Source of the DNA: Candidatus Margulisiibacteriota bacterium
GTDB taxonomy: Bacteria; Margulisbacteria; WOR-1; O2-12-FULL-45-9
Assembly (NCBI GenBank): GCA_030018645.1
Contig: JASEHX010000002.1
Span: forward strand, 6,272-38,275
Reading direction: 5' to 3'
DNA length: 32,004 bases
How positions within the stretch are numbered: position 1 is the stretch's first letter; each line of letters begins with the position of its first letter. Below, one piece after another: positions 9,915 to 17,920 of this stretch. Under the pieces are notes generated by a model, which was given only the letters and a program-made list of their open reading frames with translations, made no database searches and was not told the DNA's origin. The position numbers and the translations under genes were made by a program.

Positions 9915-10406
9915 ATGCTCCGCAAAATTATTAGATTCCCTCATCCGGTCTTGAAGAAAAAAGCCAAAGCGGTCAAAAGGGTTACCACGGAAATTGTGCG
10001 GCTAATTGACGATATGATCGAGACCATGCAGAAAGCGCCGGGGGTGGGATTAGCGGCGCCGCAGGTGGGCGAATCAATTCGCGTCATCGTCGCAGATATC
10101 GGCACAGGAGCCATTGCCGTAATCAATCCCAAAATAATCAAGAAAAGCGGCAAGCAGTGCCTTAATGAAGGATGCCTATCACTGCCCGGAGTAGAAGCCC
10201 CGGTGGAAAGAGCTGCCCATGTCATTGTAACCGGCCTTGACCGCACCGGCAAAAAAGCAACCATCGAAGCCAAAGAATTATTGGCCACTATTTTACAGCA
10301 CGAAGTTGACCACCTGGAAGGTTTGGTGCTGGTTGACCGCGTCAGCGACCCCAGTTTAATCAAGCATGTTCCCCCTGCCAGCGAAAAGAAGGAAGAACTA
10401 ATCTAA
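9915..10406 (+). CDS. def: Peptide deformylase
   Basis: All three Def motifs present: GVGLAAPQVG, EGCLSLPG, QHEVDHLEG. Confidence 0.95.
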   Translation: MLRKIIRFPHPVLKKKAKAVKRVTTEIVRLIDDMIETMQKAPGVGLAAPQVGESIRVIVADIGTGAIAVINPKIIKKSGKQCLNEGCLSLPGVEAPVERAAHVIVTGLDRTGKKATIEAKELLATILQHEVDHLEGLVLVDRVSDPSLIKHVPPASEKKEELI

Positions 10407-11350
10407 TGCGCCTTATTTTCATGGGAACGCCGGTCCCGGCGGCAAAAATATTAGAAACCCTCATTGCTTCACAACAGCATGAAATTGTTGGTGTGATCAC
10501 CCAGCCCGATCGGCCCAAGGGAAGGGGATTAAAGCTGGCATTCTCACCGGTCAAAGAAACAGCTTTACACCACCAGCTAAAACTTGAACAACCCGATAAA
10601 TTAAAAGATGGAAAGATGGTTAGATGGATAGATGGTTTGAAGCCAGATGTGATTGTCGTAGTGGCGTATGGAAAAATATTACCGCGGGAAATATTAGATA
10701 TCCCTAAATATGGCTGTATCAATGTCCATGCTTCACTTTTGCCCAAATATCGAGGGGCAGCACCGGTCCAATGGGCTTTGCTGAACGGCGAAAAAGAAAC
10801 CGGCATTACCATTATGCGTTTAGATGAAGGAATGGATACCGGCGATATTATTCTGCGGGGAAAAATAATTATTGACGATGACATTAATGCCGAAAAATTA
10901 CTGGAGAAATTATTTGATCTTGGCGCGCCGCTGCTGCTTTCTGCCCTGCAGCAAATTGAAAAAGGAACTGCCGAGTATCAAAAGCAAAATGACGGCCAGG
11001 TTACTTTTGCTCCTAGTTTAACCAAGGAAAGCGGTGAGATTGACTGGCGCAAATCAGCGCCAGAAATTCACAACCGCATCCGTGCGCTGGTCCCCTGGCC
11101 GTCCGCGCACACATATTATCAAAAGAAAGCACTAAAGATTTTAGCGTCGAAAGTAAATGGTCCCGTTTTAGAGAAAGGCGGGCATCCCGGAGAAATTATC
11201 CAAATAGTTAAGGGAATCGGCTTTGTGATAGCGTGCGGACAAGGGCATCTTTTGGTTACCGAAGTCCAGCCCGAAGGCGGCAAAGCCATGTCCGCCGCGG
11301 CTTTCAGCTATGGTCACGCCGTGAAAAGCGGCGAAACCCTTCCCAGTTAG
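10406..11350 (+). CDS. fmt: Methionyl-tRNA formyltransferase
   Basis: HASLLPKYRGAAPVQWAL and MDTGDII motifs plus a C-terminal Fmt domain. Classic def-fmt pair with TAATG overlap. Confidence 0.9.
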   Translation: MRLIFMGTPVPAAKILETLIASQQHEIVGVITQPDRPKGRGLKLAFSPVKETALHHQLKLEQPDKLKDGKMVRWIDGLKPDVIVVVAYGKILPREILDIPKYGCINVHASLLPKYRGAAPVQWALLNGEKETGITIMRLDEGMDTGDIILRGKIIIDDDINAEKLLEKLFDLGAPLLLSALQQIEKGTAEYQKQNDGQVTFAPSLTKESGEIDWRKSAPEIHNRIRALVPWPSAHTYYQKKALKILASKVNGPVLEKGGHPGEIIQIVKGIGFVIACGQGHLLVTEVQPEGGKAMSAAAFSYGHAVKSGETLPS

Positions 11351-11365
11351 GGCAAAAATCAGCTA

Positions 11366-11395
11366 TTGACACCACCATGGATGGTGTGGTAAATT
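11366..11395 (+). promoter_or_regulatory. Candidate sigma70-type promoter of the nrdR-nrdD-nrdD operon, with an embedded palindrome
   Basis: TTGACA 11366-11371 and TGgTAAATT (extended -10) ending at 11395. The inverted repeat CACCAT-gg-ATGGTG (11373-11386) fills the spacer. Confidence 0.4.
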
Positions 11396-11413
11396 TCTAC
11401 TTACCCTAAATCT

Positions 11414-11917
11414 ATGAAATGCCCATTCTGCCAATACGAAGAAGATAAAGTGCTTGAATCCCGCGAAATAGAAGAAGGTGGGGCGGTTCGTCGGAGAAGG
11501 GAATGCCTTTCCTGCCGCGGCCGGTTTACCTCATACGAGCGGGTAGAAGAAAAGCCGCTGATGGTTATTAAACGCGATGGCCGCCGCGAAGCCTTTAACC
11601 GCGAAAAAATTTTAGGCGGGATCCACCGCGCCTGCGAAAAAAGGCCGGTGCCCACGGCCATGATCGAGCAAATGGTAGATGAAATTGAAAAAGAACTGCA
11701 CCGCAAAGAAGGACGCGAAGTGACCGCTGCTACCATTGGCCAAATGGTAATGGATAAACTGCAGGACACCGATAAAATTGCTTATATCCGTTTTGCTTCG
11801 GTGTACCGCAAGTTTGAAGATGTTTCCGACTTCATTAAAGAAGTAGCAGAAATCAGTCCCGCACTTTCTTATACAAATGAACCAGCTTTAAAAAGTGCGG
11901 GGAGGAGGGTAGAATAA
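11414..11917 (+). CDS. nrdR: Transcriptional repressor NrdR (zinc ribbon + ATP-cone)
   Basis: MKCPFCQ...CLSCRGRFTSYE zinc ribbon followed by an ATP-cone (VIKRDGRREAFNREKIL). Confidence 0.9.
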   Translation: MKCPFCQYEEDKVLESREIEEGGAVRRRRECLSCRGRFTSYERVEEKPLMVIKRDGRREAFNREKILGGIHRACEKRPVPTAMIEQMVDEIEKELHRKEGREVTAATIGQMVMDKLQDTDKIAYIRFASVYRKFEDVSDFIKEVAEISPALSYTNEPALKSAGRRVE

Positions 11918-14013
11918 TGGTTAAGGAATTATTGGTGGATGAAATGAAAAGTATAAACGATGCGACCGACATGGCCCTGTTTGTGCGGACATCTTCCGAA
12001 GATATTGTCGGCTGGAACCGCGAAAAAATTGTCGCCGCCCTGATCCGTGAAACCAGCGTTGACCCCGAAATTGCCGAAGTCATCGGCCAAGAAGTGGAAG
12101 AACAGATCATGCGCCTCAACCTGCGCACGGTTACCGCTCCCCTAGTGCGCGAACTGGTGGACGTAAAACTGCTGGAGCACGGCTTGGAAGAAGCCCGCCG
12201 CCGCCACACCCGCCTCGGCTTCCCGCTTTATGATGTTAAAGAAATTATCTTCAGCCAAAACAAGGAAAACGCCAATGTGCCGCACGGTCCCGAAGCTACC
12301 AATTTAACGCTGTCAGAAGGGATCAAAAAAGAATTCGCCCTCCTGCACGTTTTTACCCAGGATATTGCCGATGCCCACATGGTGGGCGACATCCATTTGC
12401 ACGATTTGGGTTTTATCGATCGGCCTTACTGCAGCGGACAGTCAGTAGAGTATGTCAAAAAGTTTGGGCTTGATCTTCCCAATGCTTTATCCAATGCCCG
12501 GCCGGCTAAACACCCTGAAGTTCTGTTGGCGCAAATGGTCAAGTTCTCGGCGGCACTGCAAGGCGTCTTTGCCGGAGCGATTGGCTGGGACGCGGTTAAT
12601 ATTTTCTTTGCTCCGTTTCTAGTTGGTTTATCGGATAAAGAAATTTATCAACTTGCCCAGATGATGATTTATGAATACAGCCAGCAAGCGGTGGCGCGCG
12701 GCGGCCAGGCCATTTTCTCGGATATTAATTTATACTGGGAAGTGCCCAAACATTTTGAAAATGTGCCGGCCATCGGCCCGGGCGGGGAGTATACCGGAAA
12801 AACTTATGCTGACTACATTAAAGAATCTCAAAAATTTGTCTGGGCGCTGTTTGACGTCTACCGCGAAGGGGACGGGGCGGGAAGACCCTTCTTTTTTCCC
12901 AAACCCTTGGTGCATATGACCGAAAAATTCTTCAAAACTCCGGGACATGAAGAATTCTTACTGCATATCTCTGAAGTGGCAACCGAAATGGGCAACACTT
13001 ATTATGTCTTTGACCGCGGCGATACCGCCAAAATTTCCGAGTGCTGCCGCCTGTCATTTAAACTGGAACAATCCGACCTTGACGATGCCAAGGAGCCCTG
13101 GCGGATGCGCTATTCCGCCCTCCAAAATGTTACTATCAACCTGCCGCGCATGGCTTACAAGGCCAAAGGATCGGACGATAAATTGTTTGAACTAATCGGC
13201 GCCAACTTGGAAATGGCCGCCCAAGCCCACATTCAGAAAAAAGCTTTTATTACCGAAATCTTAGCCAAAGGTCAGAGAGGGCCGCTTTCCATGCTGGCTA
13301 TGCAGCGCGACGGGCAATCGTATCTTAGGATGTTTAGGGTAAGTTATTTGATGGGCATTTTGGGCCTCAACGAACTGGTGCAGGCCCACAAGGGAGTGGA
13401 ACTGCATGCCAATGACGCGGCGCTAAAATTTGGCCTCAAAGTTATCTCGTTCATGAAGTTAAAATGCGAAGAATTATCGCGGCGCTATAACATGCACTTT
13501 GTCCTCGAACAAACCCCGGCCGAATCCACCGCCTATCGTTTTGCCAAGTTAGATATGGAACATTACCCCGAGCAAACCAGCCGCGTGGTAAAGGGACATA
13601 AAGAACAGAAGGAGCTGTATTACACCAATTCAACTTATTTTAATGTTTCCCATCCCATGAACCCGGCCGACCGGGTTAAAATGGAAGGCATTTTCCACCC
13701 CCTAATTGATGCTGGAGCGCTGACCCATGTTTGGCTGGGCGAATCAAAACCCAGCCCGGCTTCCATCGCCAATTTTGTGGTAAAAACTTTCCAGCATACC
13801 CAAAACGCGCAGATTGCTTTTTCGCCCGAGTTTACTTCCTGCAATGCCTGCGGTAAAATTGCCCGCGGCCTGCACGAAAAATGCTCCTATTGCCAATCGG
13901 AAAACATTGAAGGCATTACGCGCATTACCGGCTATTTTTCCAAGATTGCCGGCTGGAACAAAGGCAAAATCGGCGAACTAAAAGACCGTTATCGGGTGAG
14001 GGGAACAATATAG
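11917..14013 (+). CDS. nrdD: Anaerobic (class III) ribonucleoside-triphosphate reductase, paralog 1
   Basis: N-terminal ATP-cone, loop KISECCRLSF (C376-C377), C-terminal Zn site CNAC...CSYC and glycyl-radical motif RITGYFS. TAATG overlap with nrdR. Confidence 0.9.
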   Translation: MVKELLVDEMKSINDATDMALFVRTSSEDIVGWNREKIVAALIRETSVDPEIAEVIGQEVEEQIMRLNLRTVTAPLVRELVDVKLLEHGLEEARRRHTRLGFPLYDVKEIIFSQNKENANVPHGPEATNLTLSEGIKKEFALLHVFTQDIADAHMVGDIHLHDLGFIDRPYCSGQSVEYVKKFGLDLPNALSNARPAKHPEVLLAQMVKFSAALQGVFAGAIGWDAVNIFFAPFLVGLSDKEIYQLAQMMIYEYSQQAVARGGQAIFSDINLYWEVPKHFENVPAIGPGGEYTGKTYADYIKESQKFVWALFDVYREGDGAGRPFFFPKPLVHMTEKFFKTPGHEEFLLHISEVATEMGNTYYVFDRGDTAKISECCRLSFKLEQSDLDDAKEPWRMRYSALQNVTINLPRMAYKAKGSDDKLFELIGANLEMAAQAHIQKKAFITEILAKGQRGPLSMLAMQRDGQSYLRMFRVSYLMGILGLNELVQAHKGVELHANDAALKFGLKVISFMKLKCEELSRRYNMHFVLEQTPAESTAYRFAKLDMEHYPEQTSRVVKGHKEQKELYYTNSTYFNVSHPMNPADRVKMEGIFHPLIDAGALTHVWLGESKPSPASIANFVVKTFQHTQNAQIAFSPEFTSCNACGKIARGLHEKCSYCQSENIEGITRITGYFSKIAGWNKGKIGELKDRYRVRGTI

Positions 14014-16115
14014 TGAAGACGGTAACCAGTAACCAGTTGCCGGTAACCAGTATCCCGCCGGCGGAAGATACGACGGACCTTATGGTTTTCGTCCGCACGT
14101 CAACGGATGATATTGTAGCGTGGGATAAAGATAAAATTGTCGCGGCGCTAGTGAAGGAAACCGGGCTTAGCCCCGAGATTGGCTCAATCATTGCCATAGA
14201 AGTCGAAAAACAGCTCCGCGCTATGTCGGTTAAAAACATTACTTCTCCTCTCATCCGCGAACTGGTAGACGTTAAATTGCTGGAATACGGCCTGGAAGAT
14301 GCCCGCCGCCGCCACACCCGCCTGGGGGTCCCAGTCTATGATGTCAGAAAAATCCTTTTCCACAAGAATAAGGAAAACGCCAACACGCCGCACTCGCCGG
14401 AAGCCACCAACTTTACCTTGGCTGAAAATATCAAAAAAGAATTTGCTTTGCTCAATGTCTTTTCCCTGCCGGTGGCCGATGCCCATATGCGCGGCGATAT
14501 CCATTTGCATGATTTGGGTTTTGTTGACCGCCCCTATTGCAGCGGGCAATCAGTTGAATACCTTAAAAAATACGGCTTAGATCTGCCGGGCGCCAAGGGC
14601 TGCGCCAAACCGGCGGAAGATGCCGATGAACTCATTTCCCATATTGTAAAATTTTCGGTAGCTTTGCACGGTTTCTTCGCGGGAGCGATTGGCTGGGATG
14701 CGGTTAATATGTTTATGGCCCCTTATCTGGAAGGGTACGGTTCTGGCCACGTCAAAAAACTGGCTCACAAATTAATTTCCGAGTTTGCCACCGCGGCGGC
14801 GGCGCACGGCGGCCAGGGATTATTTTCTGATTTAAACCTATACTGGGAAATTCCTAAGCATTTTGAAAATGTCCCGGCCATTGGGCGGGGAGGGGTTTAT
14901 ACCGGTAAAGCTTATGCCGATTACATTAATGAATCCCAGCTTTTTGCCAAAGCCATGTTTGAGGTCTACAAAGAAGGGGATGGCGTGGGCAGGCCGTTCT
15001 TTTTCCCAAAACCTTTGGTGCACATGACGGAAAGGTTCTTCAATACCGCCGGCCACGAAGAATTCTTAAATCTTATCTCGGCCGTGGCGGCGGAAATGGG
15101 CAACACCTATTTTGTCTTTGACCGAGGAGAAACCGCCAAGATCTCCGAATGCTGCCGTTTGTCTTTTAAGCTCGATTATTCGGATTTGCAGGATGCCAAA
15201 GAGCCCTGGCGCATGCGCTACTCGGCCATCCAAAATGTTACGCTCAATTTACCGCGCGCTGCCTACCTGGCCCAAAGAAGCGACGAAAAATTATTTAAGA
15301 CCTTAGAGGAAATGCTAAACATTGCCGCCCGCGCGCACCGCGAGAAGAGAAAGTTTATTGAAGACCTGTTAAACGAAGGTCCCGATGGCCCGCTTTCGCT
15401 CTTAGCCACCGAGCGGGAGGGGGATTGCTATTTGCGCCTGCATCGCGTAACCCACCTGATTGGCGTGTTGGGCCTTAACGAGCTGGTGGAGTTTCATATG
15501 GGAAAACAGCTGCACGAAGCGCAGGATGCCCTGCGCTTTGGCCTGAAGGTCATTTCTTTTCTGAAATTAAAATGCGAAGAGCTGTCAGAAAAATACGACC
15601 TGCATTTTGTCCTGGAACAAACCCCGGCCGAATCCACTGCTTACCGTTTTGCCAAACTAGATATGGAGCATTTTCCCCAGCCAGCCCAGCAAGTGATCAA
15701 AGGCGATTTGGTTTCCGGCGAAATTTATTACACCAATTCGACTTACTTTAATGTGGGCTATGCCGTAAACCCGATTGATCGCGTCCAATTAGAAGGCCTG
15801 TTCCACCCGCTGATCGATGCCGGGGCGCTGACCCATGTTTGGCTGGGCGAATCAAAACCCGATCCCGCTTCCATTGCCAATTTTGTGATCAAAACTTTTA
15901 AAAATACCCAAAACAGCCAAATTGCTTTTTCGCCCGAGTTTACCGCCTGCCAAAACTGCGGGAAAACCGCCCGCGGACTGCACGATCAATGTCCATATTG
16001 TTCATCAGAAAAGATCGAAGGGATCACCCGTATTACCGGCTACTTTTCCCGGATCCCGGGCTGGAATAAAGGTAAAATCGGCGAATTAAAAAGCCGCTTT
16101 CGAAGTGAATTATAA
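14013..16115 (+). CDS. nrdD: Anaerobic (class III) ribonucleoside-triphosphate reductase, paralog 2
   Basis: Collinear with paralog 1 over the full length, roughly two-thirds identical by eye. Same ATP-cone, ECCRLSF (C380-C381), CQNC...CPYC and RITGYFS. GTG start overlaps the paralog-1 stop (TAGTG). Confidence 0.9.
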   Translation: MKTVTSNQLPVTSIPPAEDTTDLMVFVRTSTDDIVAWDKDKIVAALVKETGLSPEIGSIIAIEVEKQLRAMSVKNITSPLIRELVDVKLLEYGLEDARRRHTRLGVPVYDVRKILFHKNKENANTPHSPEATNFTLAENIKKEFALLNVFSLPVADAHMRGDIHLHDLGFVDRPYCSGQSVEYLKKYGLDLPGAKGCAKPAEDADELISHIVKFSVALHGFFAGAIGWDAVNMFMAPYLEGYGSGHVKKLAHKLISEFATAAAAHGGQGLFSDLNLYWEIPKHFENVPAIGRGGVYTGKAYADYINESQLFAKAMFEVYKEGDGVGRPFFFPKPLVHMTERFFNTAGHEEFLNLISAVAAEMGNTYFVFDRGETAKISECCRLSFKLDYSDLQDAKEPWRMRYSAIQNVTLNLPRAAYLAQRSDEKLFKTLEEMLNIAARAHREKRKFIEDLLNEGPDGPLSLLATEREGDCYLRLHRVTHLIGVLGLNELVEFHMGKQLHEAQDALRFGLKVISFLKLKCEELSEKYDLHFVLEQTPAESTAYRFAKLDMEHFPQPAQQVIKGDLVSGEIYYTNSTYFNVGYAVNPIDRVQLEGLFHPLIDAGALTHVWLGESKPDPASIANFVIKTFKNTQNSQIAFSPEFTACQNCGKTARGLHDQCPYCSSEKIEGITRITGYFSRIPGWNKGKIGELKSRFRSEL

Positions 16116-16130
16116 GAGGAGGATCATTTT

Positions 16131-16454
16131 ATGGCACTAGACAATCTGGCGGTAAAAGTTTTTGGGAAACCAGGGTGTGAGTTTTGTAAAACCACGGTTA
16201 AAAAATTTGAAACTTTTATGCAGCGTTGGGAAGTGGACACAGAAAAAGTCCAGCTCCAGTTTTTTGACATGGAAACGGTTGATGGGTTGGCGGAAGGGGC
16301 ATTTTACAGCGTTACCAAGATTCCTTCAACCGTGATTGAAAAGGAAGGCAGTATCGCCGCCCGCTGGGACGGGAAAGTGCCGCTGTCCAGCGAATTTAAG
16401 GATTATTTTGGGGGAGTTGCGGATTCTGGGGAAATCACGGATAGTATTAATTAG
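16131..16454 (+). CDS. Thioredoxin-fold small redoxin (NrdH/glutaredoxin-like), 107 aa
   Basis: VKVFGKPGCEFCKTT CxxC motif at the first beta-alpha junction, putative cis-Pro in TKIPST. Strong SD GAGGAGG upstream; immediately follows nrdD paralog 2. Confidence 0.65.
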   Translation: MALDNLAVKVFGKPGCEFCKTTVKKFETFMQRWEVDTEKVQLQFFDMETVDGLAEGAFYSVTKIPSTVIEKEGSIAARWDGKVPLSSEFKDYFGGVADSGEITDSIN

Positions 16455-17920
16455 TTTTTTGGTAAAACCAGTAAGGCATTGCTGACCCGCCGTCCGCCGC
16501 CGCAAACCGTTCGCCCATCCACTATCATAGTGGTGGATCCTCCGCCGTCGAGATTAAAGGCATTGACCGCTCCTAAGCTTTGTAAGAGCCTGGCCAATTC
16601 TTCTAAAGACGCTCCCAAGCTGGAAAGGGACGGATTACTGCGGTTTTTTTGGGGGGCGGCAACGGCAATCAAGATGAGTTCGTTATTCCGAGTAATGCCG
16701 ACGGCCGTGCGGGCCGCCCGTTTTTCGGCCACATCCGCGCGAAATTTTTCTTCGTGCTTGGAAACATAGATGCGCCCGTTTTTTAAAAGGCGCGGGCCGC
16801 CGGAAATAAGATGCACCACTTTGCTCGGAGAAGTATGGTAAGGGATGATTTTAAATTGGGTCTCAATCACACTGCCGGCCTTAGCTGATTGGGCGGCAAG
16901 GTTGGCTTCATTTCCGCTAAGCGAAATAACGTAGCCGGTCGGCGGAATTTTACTGTTGGCTGGATTAATTTGTTTTATTTGGGAATCATCAATGACTAGC
17001 TCCAGCCCTTTTGCCGCTATGCCGGTGCGCTCCCCCCAAACCGGCGTATAAACAATTACATCCTCCGCATCGTGCTTCTGGTTAATGCCGGAAATTTTTA
17101 TGATTTTCCCGTCTTCAAACCGGACAACACCCTTAATATATACGGTATCGATGTGCGGCTTGTTTTGGTCGTCAATGATGAGGGCGGTTCGGTCAAACAC
17201 CGGCAGGGATACCAGCTCTTCATTGATAATCAAGGCGCCCAAGGGACTCCCGCTGTTGGCAAAAAAAGTGCCGTTGATGCCGGCCAGCGCATCGCTGTCG
17301 TCGGCCATATTTTTGACCTTATCAATATAAAAATGTTTGGACGTGCTGGCCGGCTTATTCCAAAAGGCCAGAAAACTAATGAAGGACTCAAGAAAGCCGG
17401 GTTTAAATTTTTTGGCCAAGACCGGTTCGACGCGGGCCTTGTTTGGATCAATTTTTACAACGGTTGCCATGAGGTTCCCCTTGGCCGAACCTTGTTTTAT
17501 TTTTAAATATTCTACTCCGTCGCCCACCATGCCGCCGGAAACCATGTGTAAAAAGTCGCGGTCAAAATCAATTACCAGCCGCGGCGGCATACTTAACGAA
17601 AAGATCTTATAATTGACATCTTCCGAAAGCGGGATGGTGACGAGAAGGTCTTCGTCTTCTTTTTCAATTTGCAGGTAGCGCACCACCAGATCATTGAGGT
17701 CGACATAGCTGGGAATTTGGGAGCTGGCGGCCGTGTTTTTCAGGCGGATAATTATTTTTTCTCCGGCTTCCTCGGTGGCATAAGAAAAGTTTTCATCAAA
17801 ATCAAAAACAATGCGGATATTTTCCGGATAGTAGCCGCAGCGCACGTGGTAAAGCGTAGAGGCAAAACAATGATTAACAAAGATTAGCGCGAAGATTAGT
17901 AAAACATATAGTCTTTGCAT
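16451..17920 (-). CDS. Secreted AMIN-domain + phosphodiester glycosidase (DUF2233/NAGPA-like) protein
   Basis: Signal peptide [24 protein letters not shown]-like NIRIVFDFD...PPRLVIDFD. C-terminal GINGTFF...PLGALIINEE and AFNLDGGGSTTM are typical of the phosphodiester glycosidase family. Confidence 0.7.
   Translation of the reverse strand: MQRLYVLLIFALIFVNHCFASTLYHVRCGYYPENIRIVFDFDENFSYATEEAGEKIIIRLKNTAASSQIPSYVDLNDLVVRYLQIEKEDEDLLVTIPLSEDVNYKIFSLSMPPRLVIDFDRDFLHMVSGGMVGDGVEYLKIKQGSAKGNLMATVVKIDPNKARVEPVLAKKFKPGFLESFISFLAFWNKPASTSKHFYIDKVKNMADDSDALAGINGTFFANSGSPLGALIINEELVSLPVFDRTALIIDDQNKPHIDTVYIKGVVRFEDGKIIKISGINQKHDAEDVIVYTPVWGERTGIAAKGLELVIDDSQIKQINPANSKIPPTGYVISLSGNEANLAAQSAKAGSVIETQFKIIPYHTSPSKVVHLISGGPRLLKNGRIYVSKHEEKFRADVAEKRAARTAVGITRNNELILIAVAAPQKNRSNPSLSSLGASLEELARLLQSLGAVNAFNLDGGGSTTMIVDGRTVCGGGRRVSNALLVLPKN

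Noticed and set aside
9941-10884. Antisense ORFs of 140 aa and 174 aa opposite def and fmt
   Set aside because: They lie opposite strongly motif-supported genes and have no start context or recognisable features.
11366-11413. Canonical tandem NrdR boxes upstream of the nrd operon
   Set aside because: I looked for two AT-rich-core 16-bp palindromes spaced about 31 nt apart. Only one GC-centred palindrome is present, so I report it as a candidate operator and not as an NrdR box.
11853-12209. Two similar antisense ORFs beginning MWRRRASS... (11853-12209 and 13925-14317)
   Set aside because: Their similarity simply mirrors the nrdD tandem duplication: both lie opposite the homologous ATP-cone regions. 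Their composition is low-complexity R/S-rich.
14021-14051. Short direct repeats GGTAACCAGT / AACCAGT / GGTAACCAGT at the 5' end of nrdD paralog 2
   Set aside because: The repeats are only 7-10 nt and encode a short N-terminal extension (VTSNQLPVTS). There is no hairpin or known motif, so this is likely trivial local slippage.
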